A stretch of 63,782 nucleotides of DNA, filler included, from Klebsormidium nitens (taxonomy: Eukaryota; Plantae; Klebsormidiophyceae), in NCBI GenBank assembly GCA_000708835.1. It is 7 parts of 7 records of this genome, joined end to end, with 100 filler letters (N's around TTAATTAATTAA, not from the genome) between each part and the next. Parts side by side here need not be neighbours in the genome. Positions count along the whole stretch, not along the records: positions 31,370 to 35,520 come from DF238385.1; positions 35,621 to 38,683 come from DF238612.1; positions 38,784 to 52,980 come from DF237549.1; 4 more parts are not named here. One strand, given 5' to 3'. Each line of letters starts with the position of its first letter. Position 1 is the first letter of the stretch. The translations under genes and the position numbers were made by a program. The notes beneath the pieces are model-generated. The model was not told the origin of the DNA and did no database searches. It was given only the letters and a program-made list of their open reading frames with translations. Positions 35,001 to 47,075 of the stretch are shown one piece after another.

Positions 35001-35270
35001 GGAATGGCAAGGGAGTATGCAAGCAGATGCTGGAGACCACGCTGGGCGAATACTACGGCGTCATGTCCAAGGACGCCGTGGTCAAGGCCCCCGGACAACA
35101 CCCGCCGTCCAAGGGCGCCGCCACGGGCTACCTCGCCGAGCTCCAGGGGAAGCGGGTGGCCGTGACGGACGAGACGAGCCCGGGCGAGCGCGTCGACGTG
35201 GGGGTTGTGCTCAAGATGACCGGCGGGGGCAAGGTCTCCTCCCGGCTCCTGTTCCAGAACAACGTCTGTA
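35001..35270 (+). CDS. Fragment (putative exon) of a D5-like/SF3 primase-helicase ATPase domain
   Basis: xNGKGVCKQMLETTLGEY (Walker A tail), LAELQGKRVAVTDE (Walker B), LKMTGGGKVSSRLLFQN (motif C region). Preceded by a pyrimidine tract and TGCAG. Confidence 0.8.
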
Positions 35271-35825
35271 ACGGCACGACTGCGCACCGACTTCTGGCTG
35301 CGCGCCAAACTCGCGGCCGCGCATCGTCCGTTACTATACGCTATCGACTTATTTGATATATCGAATCACTACACGACACGTGTCTGGATTACTGCTTCAC
35401 CGCGTGACCGTCCGATAAGACCCACGTGCACCGCGTACGAGGGAACCGTCCGATGAGCTTTCGAGACTAAGCTTATGGCCGGCCGAGCACCGAAGCTTCT
35501 AGGCTGACACTTCGCGCTGCNNNNNNNNNNNNNNNNNNNNNNNNNNNNNNNNNNNNNNNNNNNNTTAATTAATTAANNNNNNNNNNNNNNNNNNNNNNNN
35601 NNNNNNNNNNNNNNNNNNNNGTGTTTATCGAGTCTTCGTCCATGTACACAGTCGAATCGTCAGCTTGATTATCCAAATCAAGCCCCTCTGGTTGTTCGTT
35701 TTCGGAGTCTTTCACCGCTAGCCCAACCTGAACTTCGCAACTTGAATCCGACGGTGCCAAACACGGTTGCCCCGCACGTTTTGCGGATTCGTTGATGAAA
35801 GCAATCACCTATGTGGGGGCAGGCT

Positions 35826-36398
35826 TTAGGCGCCATGTTCCATAGGCGCCATGTTCCATGTGTATGCCACCCCGTCTTCTAGGGTGCTCGGTGGGCAGAA
35901 CGCAATGCCGCCCTCGCCTCTTCCGTCAATTCCATAGAGTTGGCCGCCAACGTCGACCCCAACAAAGTCCTTTCCGGACTTCAGCCCGTTGTTGATCGAC
36001 TCCACGTATGAAAAGTAGAGATGGATTCCCCCACTTTGAGTGGATGCCTGTAGAGTCGGAGGGTCCCCATGTTCCGCAATCAACCGCTGCCAGAGGGGCA
36101 TGTCGGCCATGATATCCTTTTCAAGGCTGTCCTTTGTGTCTATATCAAGCACATAGACATTGGATATGGCGCCAGACTTGATGGCTGCAAAGTTGTAACC
36201 CTTTTCTTGAATGAATTCCATGATTCTTCCGCGTGCAACATCCCACTCGGATCCCGACCTGATGGCATTAGCACCGTTGGCATGCGGCATCACCCCCTTG
36301 ATTTTTTCCCCCCCGTCCTTTTCTCGTATCACCTTTGCTGGGACAGCGTAGAGCCCCTCGCGCGCAAGGTCATCAAAAGTGGAGATGGAGACTGTCAT
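35826..36398 (-). CDS. Prim-Pol (bifunctional primase/polymerase N-terminal) domain, truncated
   Basis: VYVLDID, ASTQSGGIHLYF, GIDGRGEGGIAFCPPS...YTW. ORF ends at a 16-bp tandem duplication. No introns. Confidence 0.85.
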   Translation of the reverse strand: MTVSISTFDDLAREGLYAVPAKVIREKDGGEKIKGVMPHANGANAIRSGSEWDVARGRIMEFIQEKGYNFAAIKSGAISNVYVLDIDTKDSLEKDIMADMPLWQRLIAEHGDPPTLQASTQSGGIHLYFSYVESINNGLKSGKDFVGVDVGGQLYGIDGRGEGGIAFCPPSTLEDGVAYTWNMAPMEHGA

Positions 36399-36444
36399 TT
36401 CAATCCAACCTGGTTTAAGGTCGGACGACCTCTTATGTTTTCAA

Positions 36445-37415
36445 GGGTAGAAATTTTTCGTCAGCCTGAAACGCGGCGCACAAGGCTTGATTGGTATCTG
36501 ACCCCTCCTAAGTTTTCCACCCTTGAAAACACGTGCAGTGGTGCATGTTGGATCGCCATGGAGCTACTTTGCTACCGGGGGGCTTCAGTGCGACCGATGC
36601 ATTGAATGTTTTTGTCTAGATCCTTGCAAATCTACTTTGGAAGCTCAATATGATCGGAGCATCGGGCTAGCAATCTGTGCTTCGTGCAACCTCTCTTTTG
36701 TGCGTGTGCTGAGCTTGCTACCCCGCTCTGCTCGCTCAAGAGCTTTCTTTAAGAGTATGGCCTCTTTATGCATTTCGTAGTAAGATTTGGCGTAGTCCCG
36801 CTTCTTTTACTGATATTCTTGCTTGTAAATGGACGCCTCCATGCAGAAGGGGCACACGTTTGATGCGTGGTTGTGAATGCTTGTAGAGTCCATTTTGAGG
36901 CAAGAGAATCGTTTGCCGCTATAGTTCTGGGGTAGAAATAAGTTTGTCAGCTTGAACGCGGCGCACAAGGCTTGATTGGTGTCTGACCCCTCCTAGGTTT
37001 TTCGCCCTTGAAAACACGTGCAGTGGTGCACGTCGGATCGCCATGGAGCCACTTTGCTACCGGGGTGCTTCAACGGGACCGTCGATGCATGAACAATGTT
37101 TTTGTCTAGATCCCTGCAAATCTACTTTGGAAGCTCAATATGACCGGAGCAGCGGGCTAGCAATCTGTGCTTCGTGCAACCTCTCTTTTGTGCGTTTGCT
37201 GAGCTTGCTACCCCGCCTGCTTGCTCGGGTGCTTTGTTTAGGAGTATGGCTTCTTTATGCATTTCGTAGTAAGATTTACGGTGTCTCGCCGTCTTTAACT
37301 ATATCCTTGCTTGTAAACGGACGACTCCATGCAGAAGGGGCACACGTTCGATGCGTGGTTGTGAATGCTTGTAGTGTCCATTCTGAGGCAAGATGAACGG
37401 TTGCCACTATAGTTC
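36445..37415. repeat. Tandem duplication of ~485 bp
   Basis: 36445-36929 and 36930-~37415 align throughout (both start GGGTAGAAAT and end ...CTATAGTTCT). Confidence 0.93.
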
Positions 37416-37431
37416 TAGAGATGTAATTTAA

Positions 37432-38502
37432 TCACTTTCTCTCATAAGTCATCATGGCAGTTGACCAATCATGTAGCATGCGGTCGGCTAACTCCTTCCT
37501 CTGCGTGATTGAATGATCGTCTTTGAAATGTTCGCTGATGAATAGATGACGTAGGTGGTTTTGATTCAATCGCTTTCCTTTTGAAAATGTGATCGAGCCA
37601 ATAAACTTTGTGAGGTAATTATCTGACATAGCTTCTGTTGTGGTTCCCAACCGAGACAAGAAAAAGCCCCTAGGAACGAGCTCGATAGATCTTTTGATAT
37701 AGTTGTTCAGGCGCTGTGAGAGTTCGAACTCTTTTGCCCCATATTTCTTGCTAGTCTTGTAGGTTTTCAGTACAAGCAGAAATTCACCACTCGTGCTCTC
37801 ACGGAGACAATTACCAGTATCATGATATGCTGCTTTGGCTTCATCGCAATAAAAGCTCCCATCTGCTCTCCGAAGAGGAAGACCGCTAAGATCTCTTCTT
37901 TTAGGTGGCTCGTGTATGTTCATAACCAGCAATAGGTGCTGAAAAACACACTTTACATTCTCTCTGCTGACACCTGCACCGTTGGTTTTAATGTTTGGCA
38001 CAATGTTCCTCCGGATGTGTCTGTTCAGCTCTTCTGCTTTGCTTTTCAGTTCGTCCATGGTGATCCAATTGGCAGCTTCTTTCTCCGTTGCCTTCTGTTC
38101 ACCGGCCTTCTTCATTTGAGCCACCTTCTTCGTTTGAAAGCTTTCAAAATACGTTTTGTATGTGTTCTCCCATCCCGATTCGTGCGCAACAACCAATAAC
38201 GGTGTCAACTTGTTTTTGAAGGTCCCTGGATTTGGATACTTTGAGTTGAGTTTTTCAAGTATGGTAGCAGTATCTTTCATCCAATTCAATGTGGAAGGCA
38301 AAACATGTTCGTCAGTAACCAACTGATGGATCATTCGCAAACTGTTAAGGTACTGCTGAATTGTGATCTCAGCCCGTTTTCCATCCTGAAACAGTTTGCG
38401 TAAAGCCGCCTCACCTGATGCAATTGTTCGCAAAGTTTCAATATCCCCTCGTTTGTTGGAAGTGGATTCTGTGCTCGATTGCACGGACGCTTCTGAGTCC
38501 AT
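37432..38502 (-). CDS. Tyrosine recombinase/integrase of the Polinton-like-virus/virophage type, intact and intronless, 356 aa
   Basis: Catalytic layout: R in PPKRRD, K in YKTSKKYG, NHLRH, RMLH, terminal Y in TAMMTYERK. AT-richer than host exons. Confidence 0.85.
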   Translation of the reverse strand: MDSEASVQSSTESTSNKRGDIETLRTIASGEAALRKLFQDGKRAEITIQQYLNSLRMIHQLVTDEHVLPSTLNWMKDTATILEKLNSKYPNPGTFKNKLTPLLVVAHESGWENTYKTYFESFQTKKVAQMKKAGEQKATEKEAANWITMDELKSKAEELNRHIRRNIVPNIKTNGAGVSRENVKCVFQHLLLVMNIHEPPKRRDLSGLPLRRADGSFYCDEAKAAYHDTGNCLRESTSGEFLLVLKTYKTSKKYGAKEFELSQRLNNYIKRSIELVPRGFFLSRLGTTTEAMSDNYLTKFIGSITFSKGKRLNQNHLRHLFISEHFKDDHSITQRKELADRMLHDWSTAMMTYERK

Positions 38503-39509
38503 CAATATGCAATCTCATATCATAGAGAATCTATAATAATTTTGGAATTCAAACACGCGCCTCCTTGAAATGCGTCCCCTAGAGAATCATGTTTTCAAAC
38601 TCTCGGCTGCCCAGAATTAATGGTCTGGAATCGGTGTGCGTATTTTCAAAGTTGATTGCCTGGATTGAGCTTACCTGTAACGANNNNNNNNNNNNNNNNN
38701 NNNNNNNNNNNNNNNNNNNNNNNNNNNTTAATTAATTAANNNNNNNNNNNNNNNNNNNNNNNNNNNNNNNNNNNNNNNNNNNNTACATCGTGATTGGCAT
38801 TGAGCTACATTCAGGGTGGAACTTGAATTGGGCCTAAGCGGGGGGGGTGTGGCTCTATCCATGTGACGGTGGTCTGGACTCCCATGCTGGTTAGCGCAAA
38901 TATATAGCTCTATAGCCCGATTCATGCTTCCTATATAAACGTTTTCGACCAACCGGTCGCCCCTTCAGTCTGGCATGTTTGCTTAATTGGCTACGTGACG
39001 AGCTTTCTGGAAGCAGAGGCAGCCGACCGGTCGTCTGAAGTTTTTGAACCTATCAAAGGATTGGCCGACTCCGAGGGGTGTTGCCTACGATTAGCTTTCC
39101 CTTACCCTGTTCGAAAGGGTGCAGACTCCGACTGTTCTCTCTTCTCAGGCAATGGTTTTCTCTCCTTCCCGGTCCCACTTCCTGGGTCTGTGCAACTTCT
39201 GGTGCGGTTTGCCTCGTCCGATGGAAGCTGTATTTGCTTGGTGTGCACACCGCGGGGGCGTCTTCTGCGTGCATTCTTGTTCAACTGCTCCTGATTGGAG
39301 TCTGAGCTGCACTTCGATCAGCGTTCAGATCAGAAAGCGTCCATCCATGTAAGTAAATACACATTACTTACCCGTTTTGAGGACTTCAAAGCCGCAGGTC
39401 AGTGACAGACCCCTCTGCAGACTCGCTCGACGCGACTCGCCAGTATCGGGACCCTTCCAGACTTCCGCACCCCCTCCCTGAATCCTCAAATCCTCCACTG
39501 TGCGCGCAG

Positions 39510-42500
39510 ACGCGGCTGGCGAAGGCGGGCGCGTGGCGGCCGCGGCTGCTGGCACTGGCGGAGAAACTAGGGCTGGACGGTTTCGAGGAGGACGTGGTAA
39601 CGCTGCTGGTGGGGTTCACGATCAGCCCCGTGCTGAAGAGCATCCTGGCCGCAAGCGGCTACAACGACATGACCGTCTACCAGATCCTCAACACCTTCTG
39701 CGAGACCTTCGAGGAGCAGGTACGGGGGGCTGGGTCTCCGGCCGACGCGTTGGTTGTATCCAGGAAAAGAGCGCTTTTGGACCTGCTTTGCCACCACCTT
39801 TGCAGCACACTTGACGATCTGCAGAAATTGCCGCTAAGAAGACCCACTTGTCTGCTTCAAAAATTGGACTCTCTGGTCTCACACGTGTGGTTAAGAAGCG
39901 GAGACTGTACCTGTTCGAGCACCTTCGACGGTGCCAAAAGGAGTCTTGGCCTTTGTTTGATTTGTACAAAGTTCTCTTGTAAACCTTCCTGTCTGGTGGT
40001 AGAGCGAAAATTGGGGCAGCGTGTAGGGAGGGTGCGATTTTGAAGTATGTTTTGGATCATATCGACAAAATGGTTCGCATTTTGAAAGCTTCTTAGGTAC
40101 GCGACTGAATAGCGCAGGGGACGCTCATGCCCGCTGAAAGCTGTGACAAGAACGTTGTAGGGGCGGAATGAGAGCATACAAACCTAATCTCGGGAACGTT
40201 TTAGATCAAGAGAAAGGGATGGTTCTATTCATCTTATCCCGTCGTGCACATTCCACAGCGTTCTTGACTGGGTGAGTGCGATTGACCACACGTATCCCTC
40301 GACATTTGTCATGTCAGCTTCATTGCTGGCCTTCTGACTTCACCTGGCGATCACACCCTAAGGAACATCTTGCCACGTTACCAATAAGTCTGCGCTGGAT
40401 GGCACCCTTAGCGGAATCTCCGGCTGCCCTGCAGGTCAGCCGGCGGGTGCACTTCTACAAGGCTGCGAAGCTGGTGCAGTCGGGGGTTCTCAAGCTGGGG
40501 GAGATCAGCCGCGGCTGGGGCAGGCAAGAAACCAAGCCCACTCTATGCTGCAGCGCATCAAATGAAAGCCGGCCACGGAAACGCTTCTTGTGCTTCTGTT
40601 GTGACCTAGCATCCGTTCGTCGAAACCTCTCGCCCAAGAGAAAGTCGGTTCGTGTTATTTCTATGAATTCTTGCGAGCGGGTTCTTCAATCATCGAGATA
40701 GGTATGCTTGTGTCTCGGCGCCAAGCAACCCGAGTGAGTCCCTCTACGGTCTGCCCAGTCATGTAAGGGCTTCTCTTGCCTCCTTATTCCGGAATCAAAG
40801 TATCACACCTTTTCCGTATTTTCTTGCCCGTGCAGTGACCTGGTGAGCACCCCGGTGGAGGTGGACCGGCGCACGCTCGACTTTGTGGTGGGCCTCGACA
40901 CGGAGCTCAACGAGCTGGTGGAAGGGAGCCACCTCTACACGCCGCAGGTGAGGCGATACTCCTCAAAAACGGCGCGGACGGCGCTTCCCTTCCATGACTG
41001 TCTGCGGGCAGGGACTCTGCATCTCGCTATCGACAGGGCTGCAGCAAGAGCGCTGTCAAAAAGAAGAGTCGCGGAAGGCTGTTAGAGCCCTGGCTGCTGG
41101 TTTTGTGGACGCCCCGCTTGCGACATACGGATGTGGCACTGTCTTACAGAAACCCAGAGCGCAACAGCCGACGGTTTCTACGAAACGAGATTCACTGGCT
41201 TCTGGTCCACACAGTAATCTGAGAAGCGCTTAGACAGATGCGTGGATGACTCTCACCAGACTGTGGACTATCTCGTTGCTAACCCATTGGGTTATCGCCG
41301 CTAACCCGCGGTCATCTCAATGGTGCAGATTACGCTGGATCGCGTGGTGCTACCGAGCGAGCAGAAGGACATGGTGCTCAAGACGCTGAGCAGCTTCGAG
41401 GCGTACGCGGAGAAGCGCGCCGAGTACGGCCTGGAGGACACCATCAGCTACGGGGCGGGCCTCGTCATCCTCTTCTGCGGGCCATCGGGCACTGGTGAGG
41501 CGGGCCAGCCGGCCAGAAACAAGGCCTTATGTTGAGACTGAACGTCTGTGCCTGATAATGCTGGTGTCCGTGTGAAGGAGTGCACTAAATGCGGAGACGT
41601 TTGCTGATAACGTGACCTGCAATACATCTATGGTTGACGATTGTAGTGCCAGAATCGGTTGGCAAAGCTAAGGCCTGACAGGGACTGTCCGAGGAATTTG
41701 CAGGTGCCATGCCCGCGAAGTAACCCACACCTCCTTTCGTTTGCTCCCCGTCTCTCGCAAACCTTTGCGTTCTTTCCGTTCCTCGTCTAGCTTAATTTAG
41801 AGTTCTAATCGTTTCAAAAAGGTTGTTCTTACCTACCACAAGGACAGACCACAATCCTCTGCTCGTTGCCCTATTGTCCGAGATGAGTCTCAACCGGCGT
41901 CCTATTTGCAGACGTTTCTTCTCTTCAAAGCGATAAGTGTCTCCTATTTTAATCCCGTTGCTGACGAACTCCGCGCAACAGACGCTTGGCGATAAACGCT
42001 TCAATTTCTCTGCTGACCAGTCTGACGCTTCCTCGGCTGCCCCGTTCCAGGCAAGACCATGACGGTGAACGCTCTTGCGCACCACTTGAAGAAGCGCGTG
42101 CTGCTGGTGAACCTGCCGTCACTGGGCGCCGCGCAGGGGGACCTCAACTTCAAGTGGCTCTTCCGGGAAGCCAAGGTCAACGACGCCGTGTGAGCCTCGC
42201 TGTTTCTCAGACTTGGTACTTTGGTAGGCGACTGAGTGGTGGAGTATTTCTGCCATTCTTTTGCGGATAGTTGCTTGGCGGCGAACTCTAGTCTCTTGCC
42301 CAAACACTTGCGAGTAGTTTCTTGGCGGCAGAGTCTGGTCCTCTGGGAAGCCAAGGTCAACAACGCCTTGCGAGATCGGCAGATTTGTTTTGAATAGGTT
42401 GTACCACGCGTCCATATGCGCAAGATGCCTCCTGTCCAGCTGAGATTACCGCTTGAGTCGAGTCAATTGTCGGGCTTTTGGTCCAGCTTTTCGGAGCACG

Positions 42501-45500
42501 CTTCAATGGTTCGACGGCAGCGGGATTTGGTCTAAATAAGAAAGCTTTCCGGCACCACCAGGTATATATCGATGTTTGACTTTTCCAGCCATGCACAAAT
42601 TGAAAGCCTGTCCAGTATAAGTGGCGAGCAAAAGGACACCCTTGTATTGTGGGCCTCATCCAGTTGGATGCGCCCTGAACGGTCTGATTGCTTGCAGGCT
42701 ATTCTTCGACGAATGCGAGAGCGTGTTTGAGACGCGAGAACATGGGAGCAAGCAGGTACATGTCAACCGTTCCGTTCTATTGCAATTCTGACATTGACTG
42801 CTAGATTGAATCGCACACTCCACCAAAGCAGTCCTTGTTGCCTATTCATCCATCCACAACACGCCCTTTGTAAGCAAGCTCGCGTGAGACGATTCTAGAC
42901 ACATGATAAATTATACGATATTCAGATCTAGCTCTATCAAGGACAACACAGAGATTCTCCCTGTTGCTCTTTATCCATGTGACTGTACTCATTTGGAGTG
43001 AGCATCCTCACTCAGATGCACGTCAAGACTCTTCGCTTGACGGGTCAGGTCTACGCGACCAGCATGATCCAAATTCCTCCCAATAATCGTCACTCGAATT
43101 TGTGCCCCCAGGTGAACGTGCTGCTGACGGAGATGGAGCGCCACCGCGGCATCGTGTTCTTGGCGACCAACCGGCCGTACGATCTGGACGAGGCCATGCA
43201 TCGACGTATCACGCTCGTCGTGGAGTTCACCCCGCCGGACCACCTGCTGCGCGTCGACATCTGGAAGTCGCTCCTGCCGCCCAAGCTGCCGCTCGCGGAG
43301 GGCATCGACCTCAAGAAGATTGCGCTCAAGTACGAGGTGAGGAGGACGTTCTCAGTTCCTGTCGCTAAGAAACTGAGCGTTCTGGTAAATAGGACGGTTT
43401 CGCTGTCCCCCGGGTCATCAGGACTTTTGACGCCTGTTCAAAGTGTGGTAGGCAGTAAGGGGCTTGAAAGTATCCATGAAAGGAGATTCACAATCTTATT
43501 TCCAGCGCAGCTTGGGCGTGAGCCCCTACTTGTCCTTGGTCGCGAGTCAATCCAATATCATAATTTTCGCAACTCGCGGTATTCTTGCTTCATTCTGCGA
43601 CGTGCGTCGTGTGTCAGACGTTGAGAGCTGCCGCTTCACGTCGCTTGGTCATTCCGCCATTAAGTGCTTCCGACAAGATACCTCGTGCAGGTCTGTCAAG
43701 CAATGTGCCTGCGGACTAGCTCGCTCAAGTCTGTTCAGGACTTTTGTGTCTCCTTCGTTCCCTGCCCAGATATTTTTGACGTGCAAAGTCCCGTTTTTCT
43801 TAGCCCCGTTTTTCTCAGCCCGACACGCGTGCCGTCAACTCCCCGCATTCGACATCGTTTTGAAAAGGTTTGTCCCCTTGGAACACCAGGCCCGGGTTCT
43901 CATTCCGTCTTCTCGTTTCCCCCCGCAGCTGACGGGCGGCTTCATCAAGAACGCCATCATCTCGTCGCTGCTCCTCGCCATCGGCCGTTCCGCCGATCCG
44001 CTCACCGTCACGGAGGCGGACCTCATGGAGGGCTGCCGCCTGCAGCTACGTGGCAGCCTGAGGATGAAGGCGTTCGACCGGCGGGTGGTGCCCAAGTCCG
44101 GATTGGACGCACTGGTGGTTTCGGCGGGACTGGAGCAGCAGCTGCAGGAGATTGCGCACTTTGACAAGGCGCGCCAGATCCTGTTCGGGCAGTGGGGCTT
44201 CAGCGAGCAGATGCGCGAGCGCCAGGTGGGCGCGCGAGCAGTGTCCAACAAGTGCTATTTGAAAGGGTTTCTAAGGGGACGCAGCGCTCGTGTGAGCTTT
44301 GAGGTTCGGATTAAGGATCAAAGTCAACTGTCAGTTCCAGAACAGGGCAGTTGAGCAGATATGAAAGTGAACGCTGGACGTCGTACTGGCCCCCGTTGTG
44401 GCGCACACCTTGAACGTCCTTTCAAACGCTGTATGGGGAGAAGCAAAAAGTCTCACCTCCTCGATACAAAGACTTCCTTTGACGTCGGTTGCCTTGGACA
44501 TTCTTGAGTACGATCAAGCTTCTTCCACGCAGCCTCGACGCCGTGCGAAAGCCGGAGACGGCCGTTCCTTTTCACCTGTCACTACACGTGCGCCTCTCAT
44601 CAAGCTCTATGCTACTTTTCGTTATATTTCTATTTCAAACGCTCCCGTGCGTGGCCGCAGGGCATCTCGTGTTTGTTCCACGGCCTGCCCGGCACCGGCA
44701 AGACCATGGCGGCGGAGTGCCTCGGCTTCGAGATGGGCAAGCCCATCAAGTTCGTCAACTGCGCGGAGCTCGTCAACAAGTATGTCGGAGAGACCGGCAA
44801 GAACATCGAAAAGGTCAGCGCTTGCCGCTGACTGTGCTCACAGCCTCAGGCTCTCTTTGCCCACAACTCTGAAAAGCTCCTCTCGCAACCTTTCCGACCA
44901 CTAGATTGCATTGTACGGAGTTTATACGGTATCTACGCTGGTTTCCGGGAAAATAATACGGAGTCTTTCGGAACGTTCTGTCCTGAGTCGAGATCAGGGC
45001 TTCGTTTGTGGTCATCGGAGAAGGCCCGCACTGGGTGCCTACAATTCTGAAGGCGGTCTTTGAGACTGGTGGTTGTCGCAGCAAGCGTGCTGCTTAAAAG
45101 CGGATCCTGCCTTTCGAAAGGCTTCCAAAAAGACGGCAATGGACCTCACCCTTGCGTGCGTTTCACAAATCTAAGGCAGAGCTGTCATATGGTGCTTACC
45201 TTTGATGGCTTGGTCGAGCATCCTTACTCGACCGGTCCCCGTTTCGAAGAACCCTCCTCACGAATGCTTCTCATACTTCCTCCCGAATATAGAGCCTTTC
45301 CAGCAAGGTGCCCTTTCAGGAGACGGGGGGATCCTAGAAGCAAGGTAACCGCTATGATAAGTTAGATCAAGTCTGAAACACGCGTAGCAACACTAAATTT
45401 CAAAACATTCAACGTCGACTAATTCTGAGGCCTCCCTTGCGCCACAAGACGGGCAACTTGCTCGAGTCGCGCTGTAAGTTCATCATTGCTCGTCCGCAGG

Positions 45501-47075
45501 TGTTTGAGGAGGCCAAGATGCTGGACGCTCTGCTGGTGTTCGACGAGGCGGAGGGCCTGTTCGGCGCGCGCCACGCGGCCGACACGGGCAGCGCGGCGCG
45601 GTATGCCAACATGGACGTCGGCCTGCAGCTGCACCACCTGGAGCGATTCCCGGGCGCGCTCGTGCTCATCACCAACACCATCGACAACATCGACAAGGTG
45701 GGGGCGGGGAAGAAAGAGAAGACTTGAGTTCTGGAGTAGTGACATTTAGGAATAGTAAAGTTTGCCAGCCTGGGGTGGATAGTGCTGGTGGCGGGGCTAT
45801 TTTGGGTGAGTACGGCTACGGAGCAGGAATATTGGAGTTGGGCTTCTTGTTTTGGGTCAGACGATGACTATTTCCAGACCTTCTGTTCATGAACTGTAGA
45901 GTTTTATCGAAAAGGCCAGACGCTTACTTTGCACTTTCGTCTGTGCTCCCAGCTTCTTCTGTCGATGTTCTAGCCGACGTGCTGTGCTAGTGATCGGCTC
46001 TGCCGCTTCGCAAGATTAGAAGGGTAGAGGCCCGAAGTGTTTGGTGCCTCTCGTTCATGAGCCCGCGCGTAAGAGCTCAAGTCCTCGAAGCGTCCGGCTC
46101 TTTCCTCCTTACAGGGCGAGCGTGCGGGTGTCAGCCGACCCCTGAGTTGATCACCACTTGAGGGTACTTAGCATGTTGAAGCGAGGCTTCCATGGTCGTA
46201 CCGCACTTCGCAATTCATGCAAACGTGAGCATTATAGGGAGGATTACCACGACGCTTGCCGTAAGTCTGCACACAGAGGTCGCCTTCCGATGCCCTGACC
46301 TCGTGCTTCTGTACGTCTTCTGCAGGCCTTCTTCCGGCGCATCAAGTTCGTGCTCGAGTTCGAGAGCCCCGACGCCAAGCTGCGCGCCAAGCTGTGGAAG
46401 TCCATGATCCCGGACAAGGTACGTGGCCCCTCGCACTCTTTTCAGGCCTCCGTGGGCGTCTTGGTTCCTCTTGCCAAGATTGGATATACCCCGGTTCTGT
46501 CTTGAAAAAGGCTTCAGGTTCTGCCAGCGCGATGGAGCAGATTGTGTTCAAACCGTTGCTTGGTCATTATGGCCCTGCCGCAGTTGCTCGTCGAGTTTCG
46601 TCGTTATCTTGCGTCCGTGGGTATTGAAAAACGCTTTGAAGGTATGAGGCCGTCCCGTACCCGGCGCCGCACGCGTGGTCAGGCCATACTAAAGTGCTGC
46701 AGCTGGTCTGCTGCGGCAGGGGATATCGACGATGTTAACTCAACTTTTCTCCTCCATTGACTTTGTAAGCAATGTCTTGCACCCCCGAGCCCGCTCTATG
46801 GAGCAGATTTCGGCTCCCCACATTTCCGTGTCTGACCCTCCCCGTCACGCGCTTAGGTACCCGTGGAAGGGACGATCGATTACGACCTGCTGGGGCAGCG
46901 GTTCGAGTACGCGGGCGGCAGCATCGCGAGCGCGGTGTTCCGGGCGGCGGCGCGCGCGGCGCTGCGCGTGGACGGGAGCATGAAGCTCAAGATGGATGAC
47001 CTGCTGACGGCAGCCGAGGAGGAGACCAAGAAGACGGGCGAGAACGGGGTCAAGCACAAGTCCATGTTCCTGTAG
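39510..47075 (+). CDS. Tandem double AAA+ ATPase, about 12 exons, 5' end missing
   Basis: AAA1: ILFCGPSGTG|KT, LFFDECESVF, FLATNRPYDLDEAMHRR. AAA2: LFHGLPGTGKT, ELVNKYVGETGKN, LVFDEAEGLFG, LITN...FFRR. Exons join in frame at canonical sites, plus one GC donor at 40524. Stop at 47075. First visible exon starts at an acceptor. Confidence 0.9.
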
